Shown here: positions 9,408 to 19,254 of the stretch, in pieces
Layout of the letters: every line of letters begins with the position of its first letter
Numbering within the stretch: the stretch's first letter is position 1
Origin: an uncultured Spirochaetota bacterium
GTDB lineage: Bacteria > Spirochaetota > Brevinematia > Brevinematales > JAOACQ01
DNA length: 64,000 nt
NCBI GenBank assembly: GCA_963835575.1
Contig: CAWIGG010000002.1
Span: 640,001 to 704,000 of the forward strand
Direction: 5' to 3'
Program-made: the position numbers and the translations under genes
The notes under the pieces: model-generated
Databases searched by the model: none
Told to the model about the DNA's origin: nothing
The model's input: only the letters and a program-made list of their open reading frames with translations

Positions 9408-9872
9408 ATGATTGATATTAAAGATATCAAAAAGCTGCAGAATATTTTTTCAGGCGATGATATAGAGGAAATCGAGATCCGCAGCGGGAAGGACGCTGTC
9501 AGGATCATATCCGGGCAGAAAGTAAATCCGGCGGACAAGCTGGCAGCTAGGCAGGCAATGGAAGCTTCCGCATTATCTTCCGGGGCGCCGGCTCCTTCCG
9601 ATAAACCTGTTCTTCAGGAAAGCGGTCAGGTGTTTGAGCTCCGCTCTCTATGGATCGGTTTTTTTACGCGCCTGAACCCGAAAACGGGTGAAAACTACAT
9701 TAAGCTGAGGGACATCGTGAAGAAAGGCGGGCTTGTCGGGCATGTCCGTGTGCTGGGCGTCCTTCAGGATATCAGATCGGAAGTGAGCGGCAAGGTAAAG
9801 GAAGTGCTTGTCGAAGAGGGACAGCCCATAGAGTACGGCCAGCCGGTCATGCGTTTTGAAGTCCAGGGTTAA
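9408..9872 (+). CDS. Biotin carboxyl carrier-like protein lacking the biotinylated lysine (accB position)
   Basis: BCCP-like N-terminus and C-terminal IRSEVSGKVKEVLVEEGQPIEYGQP; E-A-M-K motif replaced by R-V-L-G. Confidence 0.85.
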   Translation: MIDIKDIKKLQNIFSGDDIEEIEIRSGKDAVRIISGQKVNPADKLAARQAMEASALSSGAPAPSDKPVLQESGQVFELRSLWIGFFTRLNPKTGENYIKLRDIVKKGGLVGHVRVLGVLQDIRSEVSGKVKEVLVEEGQPIEYGQPVMRFEVQG

Positions 9873-9891
9873 TGAAAAAAGGAGTAAAGCC

Positions 9892-11241
9892 ATGTTTAGA
9901 AAAATATTGATCGCGAATAGAGGCGAGATCGCCGTCAGGGTTATCAGGGCGGCCAGGGAACTCGGTATCCCGACGGTATCGGTCCATTCGGAAGCCGATG
10001 AGGAATGCCTTCATACGGAACTGTCCGACCAGGACGTCTGCATCGGGCCGGCTGTTTCGAGCGAAAGTTATCTGAATATACTTTCCATCATCAGCGCCGC
10101 TGAAATTACGGGCGCCGACGCCATCCATCCCGGCTACGGATTCCTTGCCGAAAATTCAAAATTTGCCAATATCTGCAAAGACCATAAAATCACGTTTATC
10201 GGTCCATCTGCCGAAGTGATCGACCTGCTGGGCCATAAGGCGATGGCCCGCAAGACGATGAAGGAGATCGGCGTTCCGATCACTCCGGGCACAGGCATTA
10301 TTCAAAACCCGGGCGAAGCCGTGGAGTTCGCCAAAGATTCCGGCTATCCCGTTATTGTCAAAGCCGTGGCAGGAGGAGGCGGAAAAGGGATGAGGGTGGC
10401 CTGGTCGGATGAGGAGCTTGTCAATATCATTCCGATAGCGCAGGGCGAGGCGAAATCGGCCTTCGGGAATCCGGATGTGTATATTGAAAAATATCTGAGC
10501 GACCCGCGCCATATTGAAATACAGTTTATCGCCGACCAGCATGGAAATGTGGTGCATCTCGGCGAAAGGGACTGCTCCATCCAGAGAAGGCACCAGAAGC
10601 TTGTGGAGGAATCGCCGAGTCCATGTTTGACCGCAGCGACAAGGGCTGAAATGGGCGAAGCGGCTAAAAAAGGAGTTCGAAAGGTCGGATATGTCGGAGC
10701 GGGGACCATGGAATTCCTCTACGACACGGACGGCAAGTTTTATTTTATGGAAGTGAACACAAGAATACAGGTGGAGCATCCTGTGACGGAAATGGTCACG
10801 AATATCGATATCGTCAAGGAGCAAATCCGCGTGGCGCTGGGGGAAAGACTTTCATTCAGGCAGGAAGACGTCAGGTTTACCGGTAACGCGATCGAATGCC
10901 GCGTAAACGCGGAAGACCCCTTTATGAATTTTATGCCGACCCCGGGAAAAATAGTGGATTTTCATATACCCGGAGGCCCCGGCGTGAGAGTGGACACGCA
11001 TGGTTACACAGGTTATGAGATCCCGAAATATTACGACTCCCTGCTGGCGAAGGTCATCACATGGGGAAGGGACAGGGACGAAGCCCTGGCGAGAATGAAA
11101 CGGACGCTGTTGGAATTTAAAGCGACCGGGATCAAGACGACGATACCTTTTTATGAAAAGCTCCTGGAAAACCCCGATTTCCAGAAGGGGAAATATTCCA
11201 CAAAATTCCTCGAGAATTTTAATTTTAAACCTGATAAATAG
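9892..11241 (+). CDS. accC: Acetyl-CoA carboxylase biotin carboxylase subunit
   Basis: KILIANRGEIA, AIHPGYGFLAEN, GGGGKGMR, ERDCSIQRRHQK, EVNTRIQVEHPVTE. Confidence 0.97.
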   Translation: MFRKILIANRGEIAVRVIRAARELGIPTVSVHSEADEECLHTELSDQDVCIGPAVSSESYLNILSIISAAEITGADAIHPGYGFLAENSKFANICKDHKITFIGPSAEVIDLLGHKAMARKTMKEIGVPITPGTGIIQNPGEAVEFAKDSGYPVIVKAVAGGGGKGMRVAWSDEELVNIIPIAQGEAKSAFGNPDVYIEKYLSDPRHIEIQFIADQHGNVVHLGERDCSIQRRHQKLVEESPSPCLTAATRAEMGEAAKKGVRKVGYVGAGTMEFLYDTDGKFYFMEVNTRIQVEHPVTEMVTNIDIVKEQIRVALGERLSFRQEDVRFTGNAIECRVNAEDPFMNFMPTPGKIVDFHIPGGPGVRVDTHGYTGYEIPKYYDSLLAKVITWGRDRDEALARMKRTLLEFKATGIKTTIPFYEKLLENPDFQKGKYSTKFLENFNFKPDK

Positions 11242-11249
11242 GACGGACT

Positions 11250-11579
11250 ATGGACCAATTTATTATAGACAGGGAAAGCATCCGGAGTATTGTCCGCTTT
11301 ACAATAGAAAAGAATAAGGACGCGAGGACCGCGGAAATAGCGCCGGGAATAGGGAAAAAGCCGCCCATCGATATCACCTATACCTCAAAAACATCGCTCA
11401 ATGTCAAAGTCAAAGTGTTAGTGCGCTTCGGGGTTGATATTTTAAAAGCGACTGAAAAACTGGTAAAGGATATAAAAACCAATATTGAAAGCCAGGTCAA
11501 GGTGCAGGTTAAGGATGTGGATATAATAGTCAAGGACGTATTTAATGAGAAAGAGAACCCTCCGGCTGGTAAAAAATAG
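11250..11579 (+). CDS. Asp23/Gls24 family envelope stress protein
   Basis: VKVLVRFGVDI...IESQVKVQVKDVDIIVKDV; canonical position after accC. Confidence 0.75.
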   Translation: MDQFIIDRESIRSIVRFTIEKNKDARTAEIAPGIGKKPPIDITYTSKTSLNVKVKVLVRFGVDILKATEKLVKDIKTNIESQVKVQVKDVDIIVKDVFNEKENPPAGKK

Positions 11580-12120
11580 CGTCTCTGCCTTTTATTTGAT
11601 CATTTCCGCCGCCATCGGCATTTTATTTTATTCGATATTCCTGGGATTCCAGCCGGGAATAGACGTTTCCGGCCTGATCCAGGCCAGGGCCGGTTTAAAG
11701 CCCTTTGCCCTTTTCGGGATATGCGCCTGCGTACTCATCAGTTTTCCCGTCATACTATCAGCGCTCTTTATTTACGATCATTTTTCAGGCTCTTATATCA
11801 CGGCTTCCGGGAACGGGAGCGTTCATCTGAGCGATAAAGCAATTGAAGGTTTTATCCAGGGGACCGCCGCGGATATCGTTGGGGTGGAATCCCCGGAAGC
11901 GGTTGTCGATGTTCTTAAGGACAACAGGATAGGCGTTCATCTCCGGCTCGATACCTTTGTAAAAAGCGATTTTACCGGTTTCGCCGAACGCGTAAAGAAA
12001 AAGATCATCAAGGAGCTTGAATTGAATCTTGGAATAAATAAGTTCAAATATTTTCATGTCACAATCGAATCGATCGATATTCATACCGGTCCCGGCAATT
12101 ACAGGGTGAGTTATAAATGA
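11545..12120 (+). CDS. AmaP-like alkaline shock response membrane anchor
   Basis: Two N-terminal TM helices plus Asp23-like domain (GSVHLSDKAIEGF); adjacent to asp23. Confidence 0.6.
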   Translation: MRKRTLRLVKNSVSAFYLIISAAIGILFYSIFLGFQPGIDVSGLIQARAGLKPFALFGICACVLISFPVILSALFIYDHFSGSYITASGNGSVHLSDKAIEGFIQGTAADIVGVESPEAVVDVLKDNRIGVHLRLDTFVKSDFTGFAERVKKKIIKELELNLGINKFKYFHVTIESIDIHTGPGNYRVSYK

Positions 12121-13295
12121 AATCGATTATTATTAAACAGGGCAGGGAAAAATCCATCCACCACCGCCATCCATGGATCTTCTCCGGCGCTATACAGAAA
12201 ACTGAAGGCAATCCCGAAGCCGGCGAAATTGTTGAGATCAGGGACTCCAAAGGCGCCATTCTGGCTAAGGGCTATTATAACGCCCGATCACAAATCCAGG
12301 CGCGTATCCTTGAGTGGAATGAGGGCGTCGAGATCAACAGGGACTGGCGGGAGAAAAAAATCCGCGCATCCATTCTAAAAAGGAAGAACATCGCGGGTAC
12401 TGACGCCATGCGCCTGATCTACGGTGAGGCCGATTTTCTGCCGGGGCTGATCGCCGACAGGTACGGGGATTATATCGTCCTGCAGTTTTTGACGGCCGGC
12501 ATCGACCGGGTCAAAAAAGAAATAGTTGAAATCATCGATTCAATATTAAAACCGAAGGCCATTTATGAAAAAAGCGACGCCGACGTGCGCTCGCTAGAAG
12601 GCTTACCGCCTTCAAGCGGATTGATGCTGGGGAAAGAGGTCCCGGAATTGTTGGAAATTACCGAGAACGGTTTGAAATATTTTGTAAACCTCAAGGAAGG
12701 GCAGAAGACCGGCTTTTTCCTGGACCAGAGGGAAAACAGGAAGATCATTATGCCGTACGCGGAAGGGAAGGAAGTCCTGGACGGTTTCTGCTATACCGGC
12801 GGCTTTACCCTGAGCGCGCTGAAGGGCGGGGCGAAGTCTGTCGTTTCTGTCGATTCCTCGGCCGAAGCATTGGGCCTCCTTGAAAAAAACCTGAAAAATA
12901 ACGCAATGACTCAATCTCAATCAAATATCATTCAGGCGGATGTTTTTACATTGTTAAGGCAGTACAGGGATGAGGAAAGGCTTTTTGATATGGTGATCCT
13001 CGATCCGCCGAAACTGGCGCCGACGAAGTACCACCGCGATAAAGCCCTCAGGGCTTATAAGGACGTCAACCTGCTCGCCATGAGAATTTTAAGGGAAAAC
13101 GGCCTGCTGGTCACTTTCTCATGCTCCGGCGGCGTCAGCCTCGCCGATTTCAAGATGATGATAGGCTGGGCGAGCATCGACGCAAAGAGAGAGGTACAGA
13201 TCATCCGCACGCTGTCGCAGGCGGAGGACCATCCGATCAGGGTATCATATCCTGAATCTGAGTACCTGAAGGGACTCGTCTGCAGGGTGATATAA
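12117..13295 (+). CDS. rlmI: Class I SAM-dependent rRNA methyltransferase, RlmI family
   Basis: HPWIFSG PUA domain, GQKTGFFLDQR, FCYTGGF, ILDPP, FSCS, YLKG. Confidence 0.9.
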   Translation: MKSIIIKQGREKSIHHRHPWIFSGAIQKTEGNPEAGEIVEIRDSKGAILAKGYYNARSQIQARILEWNEGVEINRDWREKKIRASILKRKNIAGTDAMRLIYGEADFLPGLIADRYGDYIVLQFLTAGIDRVKKEIVEIIDSILKPKAIYEKSDADVRSLEGLPPSSGLMLGKEVPELLEITENGLKYFVNLKEGQKTGFFLDQRENRKIIMPYAEGKEVLDGFCYTGGFTLSALKGGAKSVVSVDSSAEALGLLEKNLKNNAMTQSQSNIIQADVFTLLRQYRDEERLFDMVILDPPKLAPTKYHRDKALRAYKDVNLLAMRILRENGLLVTFSCSGGVSLADFKMMIGWASIDAKREVQIIRTLSQAEDHPIRVSYPESEYLKGLVCRVI

Positions 13296-13397
13296 AAAAT
13301 ATTTCTCTTTGCAGTACAGCCTGCTGTAAGATGGCCGGCAACGTCGGCCGGAAACAACATTTATTTTCTTTAGAAATCTAATTGGGAATTTTTATTC

Positions 13398-14523
13398 CGA
13401 CAGGCTGTCGGGGGTTGCGTCTTTTCTGCGTGTCTACATTATCGGGTAAGGGTCACCGCCGGACAAAAGAAAAGCGAACAACCCCCGACTGTCAGTCGCA
13501 AACCCCCTCCATTGTATTAATAATGAAAATAATATACAATTAATCCTACACATCCGCCTCATCCGTGCCAATCCATGCGCAGAATCGGATTGTATAATAA
13601 AGCCGATAATTAATAATAGATCCCAAGGAGCACACCATGCCCGACCAAGAAGTAAAAACCCTCCGCGACATGATCTTCTTCCAGTACGCCAAGCTGATCG
13701 TCCGCAGCAGTAAAGGTTACTTGAACGGAAAGGAAGCCAAGGAAAAGGACTACGGCCTGATCAAGACCAAATTCCGCCGGCTCCGGGACGAGGCCATCTC
13801 CTGGTCTGATATCCTCCGGGAGGACAAACAGTTCGCCGAGGCCGAAAAAGTCTGCGCCTACTGCGGAGCGGAGAAAAACCTGCAGTGGGAGCATATCGTC
13901 CCGAAGTCGCTCAAGATCAAGCCCGAATGCGGCGCCTGCGACGCGATACAGAGTATTCATAATCAGGTATTGGCCTGCCGGAAATGCAACGCGTCGAAGG
14001 GAACAATGGGGCTTTATTCATTTTATAAGAAGAAAGACCCCGACAACCCGAAGTATTTTGACTACCTGCCCGCGATTCTGGAAAAGAAGTACCTTAAAAC
14101 GATTTATCAGTGCCACGAATGTGCCGGGACACTGGATAATACCGATCTCGACGGCGACGGTGTGATGGCTGTACTGGATGTGGACTGGATTGTGAAATAG
14201 AACCCCGTTCCCGAGGCCATTTTCCATTAGCCATAATCTGCACATAAAATATCTTGATTTATAGATGTGTCATCCGCTAACATAATAATAGAAGAGAGGC
14301 ACAAGTTTTTGACAGGATGTCAAAACCGACGCATAAAGCCATCGGATGGCGACATAAGGAGGCTATATTAATGAGGAGTCGTTTTTTAAAAGCCGGATAA
14401 CACACATCCATACTTTCAGACAGCTTCGACTGAAAATGACCTCGACCTGTTTTCTTTCTTTAGCGCGATATTTCTTTCTTTTCGAAAAGAAAGAAATATC
14501 GTAATTCCCCCGACAGCCTGTCG
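13398..14523. mobile_element. Putative non-autonomous element or cassette bounded by perfect 17-bp inverted repeats, carrying an HNH gene
   Basis: CGACAGGCTGTCGGGGG (13398-13414) and its exact reverse complement (14507-14523); no transposase inside. Confidence 0.45.
13637..14200 (+). CDS. Zinc-finger HNH endonuclease
   Basis: CAYCG..LQWEHIVP...NQVLACRKCNASKG; extra CGAC and CHEC; AGGAG RBS. Confidence 0.88.
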   Translation: MPDQEVKTLRDMIFFQYAKLIVRSSKGYLNGKEAKEKDYGLIKTKFRRLRDEAISWSDILREDKQFAEAEKVCAYCGAEKNLQWEHIVPKSLKIKPECGACDAIQSIHNQVLACRKCNASKGTMGLYSFYKKKDPDNPKYFDYLPAILEKKYLKTIYQCHECAGTLDNTDLDGDGVMAVLDVDWIVK

Positions 14524-14582
14524 TGACAAAAACCCCAAATGCAATTTAAAAGAAATGAAATTTAAATAATCATTTCATTAAA

Positions 14583-16424
14583 TCAGTTTGAAGAATTGAC
14601 CATATTCTTCAACTGCCGATAAAGCATCTCCACCTGTGGGTCGGGAAAAAGCTCCCTTGTTATTTCAAGCTCTTTCACTGCCCCCTGAATGTCGCCAAGC
14701 CTGAACCGTACATACGCCAGGCAGAAGTGCGAATAAATACACTGAGGGCTGGCGGCGATGGAGCGCTCCAGCTCAGCTATTACTTTACCGCGGGTGTTGT
14801 CATTAGTGATAAATTGATCCAGAAGGGGCGGCGCCATAACCGCCGGCTGAAGCATGGCGTACTCGTCTCTTTTGATGACCGCGTCGTTTTTCGGGCTGAA
14901 GCCGCGCTTGATGTAGACAAGCGAATTGTTATCGAAATAGACCAGCGCCCAGACGCTTCTGTCGAAGAGATATTCCATATAGTTATTTACTACTAAATTT
15001 CCGATGTTCGACGCGTAAGGCACCACGGCGAAAGAAATACCGTATAGTCTGCATTGCTCATAAAAATAAGCCGGCGGCTTCTGCAGGATTTTCGTCCTGA
15101 AATCATTGATGAACTCATCGGGATAGACCTGGACGCGCCCGTCGATATAAACCGGGTATTTCCTGAGCTCCCAGATCAGATAGCCGCCCCATTCAAAGGG
15201 GTTGAACATATTCCCGTCCAGGTCGCTCTGATTCAGATAAAGCGCTGAATGAACGGGATAATCCTTTTCACTCAGGCCGATACCGATAGGTTTATGAAAT
15301 TGATAAATCAGGAATGATTGCGTAACCAGCAGGACAATAAAAGCGCCGGTAAATAGCGCTTTGAATTTAGATCTATTTTCACCGTATTTTGTGAGATTGA
15401 AGGCCGCCGGCGCAGCCGTCACCGCCGCGATAATTCCCAGGTCGCCCAGGAACCTGACGGAATAGACCCCGAGAAGTGTAAAAAAGAACAGTAGAAAAGA
15501 GCGGAAAAAATCCTTTTTAATCAAATAATAAACGGTGATGCCGGTGAAAACCGCGAGGTAGCTCAATATAATGACGATGTATAAAATTCCCGATTTCGGC
15601 AGGACCTCAAAGAGCGAGAAAAATTCTTCCGTCGCTTTTGTCGCCGGGACAAATGTGCTGTAAACCTTAATGAAGTTCGGATTGGCCAGGCTCAGGCATA
15701 AAAGAAAAGCCGTCAGTATGAGCGCGTTTTTTATATCCGGATTTTTGTCTTTTAAAAAGAATCTGCGGACAAGCGCCGCGGCGATCCAGATAAAAAGCAC
15801 GGCAAAGGCTTCAGCGAAGGATGAATGGCTGTTGACCCATAATATAAACAGGAAAGCAGTCAGCCATAAATAAGGGTTTTTAAAAAACGCGGCGGGGCCT
15901 GATTCTTCATTCCGGCCGGACAAAGCTTTCGGAAGAATTAGAATAAATAAAACAAGATAAATATTGCCGAGGAGGTGCGGGCGGATCATGATCCTCGGCA
16001 TATAGAGGAACGCGAAAGCCAGGAAAAGATTGATGATGATCAAGAGGGAAAGAAAGAGGCTCTGCCTGGAAAAAGAGGCTTTAAATAAATAAAGCCATAC
16101 GCAGGTAAATAATATCAGGACTAAAACGCATTGAAACAGGACAAGTCCGTTGATATTCCCGATGGTGTTAAATAAATAACTTGCCGCGTCGAAAAGCCAT
16201 GAGTAGGCGGGATTGAAATTTCCCTTTGCCGTAAAGGAGTAGCTTTCGGTCAGCGGGAAAAAATGGTTTTTAACGATATCCTCGCCTGTCCGCAGATGAA
16301 AGCCGTAATCGGGATTGTCCACAGGGTTGATAGAGAGAAACAGGGCGAGTAAAACAGGAAATAAGAGTTGAATGAATTTAAATATATTCCCGGATTTTTT
16401 AAAATCAATGGATTCCATTTTCAT
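14583..16424 (-). CDS. Polytopic membrane protein, probable GT-C fold glycosyltransferase with C-terminal TPR
   Basis: DYGFHLRTG loop, many TM helices, RPHL, LWVNSH, soluble domain FNPFEWGGYLIW..VYIDGR; start codon uncertain. Confidence 0.65.
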   Translation of the reverse strand: MKMESIDFKKSGNIFKFIQLLFPVLLALFLSINPVDNPDYGFHLRTGEDIVKNHFFPLTESYSFTAKGNFNPAYSWLFDAASYLFNTIGNINGLVLFQCVLVLILFTCVWLYLFKASFSRQSLFLSLLIIINLFLAFAFLYMPRIMIRPHLLGNIYLVLFILILPKALSGRNEESGPAAFFKNPYLWLTAFLFILWVNSHSSFAEAFAVLFIWIAAALVRRFFLKDKNPDIKNALILTAFLLCLSLANPNFIKVYSTFVPATKATEEFFSLFEVLPKSGILYIVIILSYLAVFTGITVYYLIKKDFFRSFLLFFFTLLGVYSVRFLGDLGIIAAVTAAPAAFNLTKYGENRSKFKALFTGAFIVLLVTQSFLIYQFHKPIGIGLSEKDYPVHSALYLNQSDLDGNMFNPFEWGGYLIWELRKYPVYIDGRVQVYPDEFINDFRTKILQKPPAYFYEQCRLYGISFAVVPYASNIGNLVVNNYMEYLFDRSVWALVYFDNNSLVYIKRGFSPKNDAVIKRDEYAMLQPAVMAPPLLDQFITNDNTRGKVIAELERSIAASPQCIYSHFCLAYVRFRLGDIQGAVKELEITRELFPDPQVEMLYRQLKNMVNSSN

Positions 16425-16536
16425 GTTTAATATCCGCAAAAAAAAGACTTGCTGATATTGTATATTTTACTCTAAAATAAGACAAGAATTATAAATTGAG
16501 GGTTGTAGTTCATACTCTTCCATTTATTTCCGGTCA

Positions 16537-16812
16537 TTGTCCGTGATAAATTATTTAACCAATTCTAGCGAATGGTATCATATCGTATTGATAAACGACA
16601 GTATCAAAAAGAAAATGTATTTTTATATTAACGGCAAAAAAACCAATAAAGAAAATAGATATTACAAAATCAAAGCGGATTCCGATTTGTTCATTGGATA
16701 CGGTCCTTCCGGGGAAAATGAATACGCGCTCGGAAGAATTGATGATCTGGGAATATTTAATTATGCCTTGACGGAAGATCAAGTTGAAAAACTATACACA
16801 GAAAGGGGATAG
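16537..16812 (+). pseudogene. LamG-like jellyroll C-terminal fragment
   Basis: WYHIVL..FYING..LFIG..GRIDDLGIFNYALTEDQVEKLY; in-frame stop at 16492, no N-terminal half or signal peptide. Confidence 0.65.
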
Positions 16813-17125
16813 ACTGGCAAAAAATAAAAAAGCTTCTATCAAAAAATATTTTTAAAAAAACGTAAAATTCTTCCTCCTGATGCGATAATAATATGAATAT
16901 TTTTGAATTGAGTGGATTTTGTATATTTTAAAACAATATTATGGGACCATTTTTTAAGATAGCCCTTTAATTCATTTCAATAGAAAAATTATTCATATAT
17001 TTTTAAATTTTATCAAAATTGAATGCCTCAAAACGTATTATATTTAAGAGGAAAAACCTCGACAACTCAGCATTTATGTATATCAAAATTGCTAAGTATC
17101 TTAAAGAAAGTATTCCGGAGGAATT

Positions 17126-19040
17126 ATGAAGAAATATTTGTGCTTTAGTATTTTCATTTTTACAGCATTTATGTTCTTTTCCTGTACTGTGAATCCGACC
17201 GGAGGAAGCAATGCGCCGGGAGGTTCACAATCATCATCTTCAACTTCATCGTCTGACGGCAATTTGCTTAAGAACGGAACATTTTCGGAAGGGACCAACA
17301 ACTGGGAATTGTGGGCGAACGATACCGCTCAGGTTTCCTGGACTGTTGAAAACGGGGAAGCGAAGATCACATTTACTGACCCGGGACAGCATGCGTGGTC
17401 TGTCGGATTCCGTCAAAACAGGTTCCCGATTGAAAGCGGCGAAACCTACGTTTTAACATTCCAGGTCAGCTCGGACTCATCGCGGGAAATACAATCCTTT
17501 GTTCAGCTTGACGGCAGTCCCTGGACCATGTATTCGACCGACAATCTTTATATTATCACAAACAATATGACTGAATATACCTATACTTTTACCATGTACA
17601 ATCCGACCGATAATGCGTCGGATTTAGAGTTTTTCATCGGCGGGCCGGGCGCGGGGACAACTTATATCGATAATGTGGTATTGAAAAAAATCAGTCCCGA
17701 GCCCGCCCAGCAGAACTATCCTTCGGTCAAACCGGTTATGGACAGGTCCAATATCATTATTTATGAATTGGTTCCCGGGTCTTACAACGGCGGGTCCTGG
17801 GACGGGGGATACTGCCTTAAAGGGATCACGGGCAAGCTGGACAAAATCAAGGAGCTCGGCGTGAACTGCATCTGGCTGACCCCCATATTCCAGGGCGAAG
17901 GGATGGGCTACTGGACGTACGATTTTTATAAGATCAGTACTAAATTAGGCACTCTCAATGATATAAAGGAGTTTGTCTACGAAGCCCACAAACGGAATAT
18001 CATGGTCATTCTGGACCTGGCGTTCAATCACACCTGGACCCAGCACCCGTTTTTCCAGGATGTTTTAAAGAATAAAGGCCTGTCCCCTTACAGGGATTAT
18101 TATATCTGGAGCGGCGAGCCCGGGAACTCTAACTTTCAGTTATTGCTACGACTGGACCAATCTGCCGAGTCTCAATCTGACAAACCAGACGGTAAGGGAA
18201 TACGTATACGGCGTGGCGGAATACTGGCTGACCAATCTGGACATTGACGGCTATAGAATGGATTGCGCGTTCCTGCTCGAAGACAGATATCCCGGTTTCA
18301 GTTTAATTTTAAAGAACTGTCTTGCCGCCATAAAACCGGATATTTTCCTTCTCGCTGAGGGAAATGTTAACGAGGGCCGGTTTTTTAATAACGGTTACAA
18401 CAGCGCTTACGACTGGGATTTGAGGGGTTCCGATACATCTGGAATTCCCGCTTTGTTTTCCGGACTGAAGACAGCATTTGATGTCCATAATGTTCTGACA
18501 AGAAGTTTGCCGGCAAACGGTCAGCCGTTCCGGTTCGCCGAGAACCATGATTATCCCCGCGCCGCTTCCCTCTGGGGCGTAAACGGATCCATAGTCGCGC
18601 ATACGATAGTTTTAACATCAAGGGGATACCCGGATGTGTTCGGCGGGGCCGAAGTAGGTTTTGCCCCGGCAATGACCCATCCGTATTCTGAGAATGATCC
18701 GATTGTCTGGGATTTTAATGCGCCTATATACAGTTACTTTAAAAAGCTGATTGCCGTCAGGAACCAATATCTCAAGAGTGATCTGCAACAGTACTGGATC
18801 AATAATGATTCGAGCGTCATTTACTCATCCCTCTCTGTCAGCGGGACAAATAGACTGATCGTACTGGCGAATTGCACAAATGAGAGCAGGACAGCGGTTC
18901 TTTCGCTGACAAATGCCGAACTCGGGACAATAAGCTCTCTGACTGAATTGATCAGCGGCACAAATGTAATATATAGCGGAGGAGGCACCCTGACCGTGAC
19001 TTTAGGAGGGTATGAAACAGCCATATACCTGGTCAGGTAA
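17126..19040 (+). pseudogene. Lipoprotein CBM4/9 + GH13 alpha-amylase-family enzyme split by a +1 frameshift near 18134-18141
   Basis: Lipobox FMFFSC; NLLKNGTFSEG CBM; DLAFNH, DGYRMD, LLAEG, ENHD; removing one T gives ..NFQ-YCYDWTNLPSLNLTNQTVREY.. Confidence 0.85.
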
Positions 19041-19064
19041 TTATCTATTTCCTTTTATGCAATA

Positions 19065-19118
19065 ATCCCTCGCCAGTTCTATATCTGAGCCTCATAGACT
19101 GGCGGGGGATATTTTTTT
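19065..19118 (+). terminator. Rho-independent terminator
   Basis: ATCCCTCGCCAGT / ACTGGCGGGGGAT followed by T-tract. Confidence 0.8.
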
Positions 19119-19131
19119 ATTTTTGAAAAAA

Positions 19132-19160
19132 TTGACTTATTATATTGGAATTAATAAATT
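19132..19160 (+). promoter_or_regulatory. Candidate sigma-70 promoter of icd
   Basis: TTGACT-N17-TAAATT. Confidence 0.5.
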
Positions 19161-19254
19161 TATTGCTATTGAATTAATTCAAACCGATTTATAAATATTG
19201 CTATTTCTTTTGATTTTTCTTAAAATAATCCAGATTTTTTTACAAGAGGTGTAT

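Noticed and set aside
14298..14350. c-di-GMP-I riboswitch-like GGCAC..GACGC..AAAGCC
   Set aside because: Lacks the GAAA tetraloop and a recognisable P3/receptor; GGA hairpins explain it better.
18131..18143. Programmed ribosomal frameshift in the GH13 gene
   Set aside because: No slippery heptamer or stimulatory structure seen.
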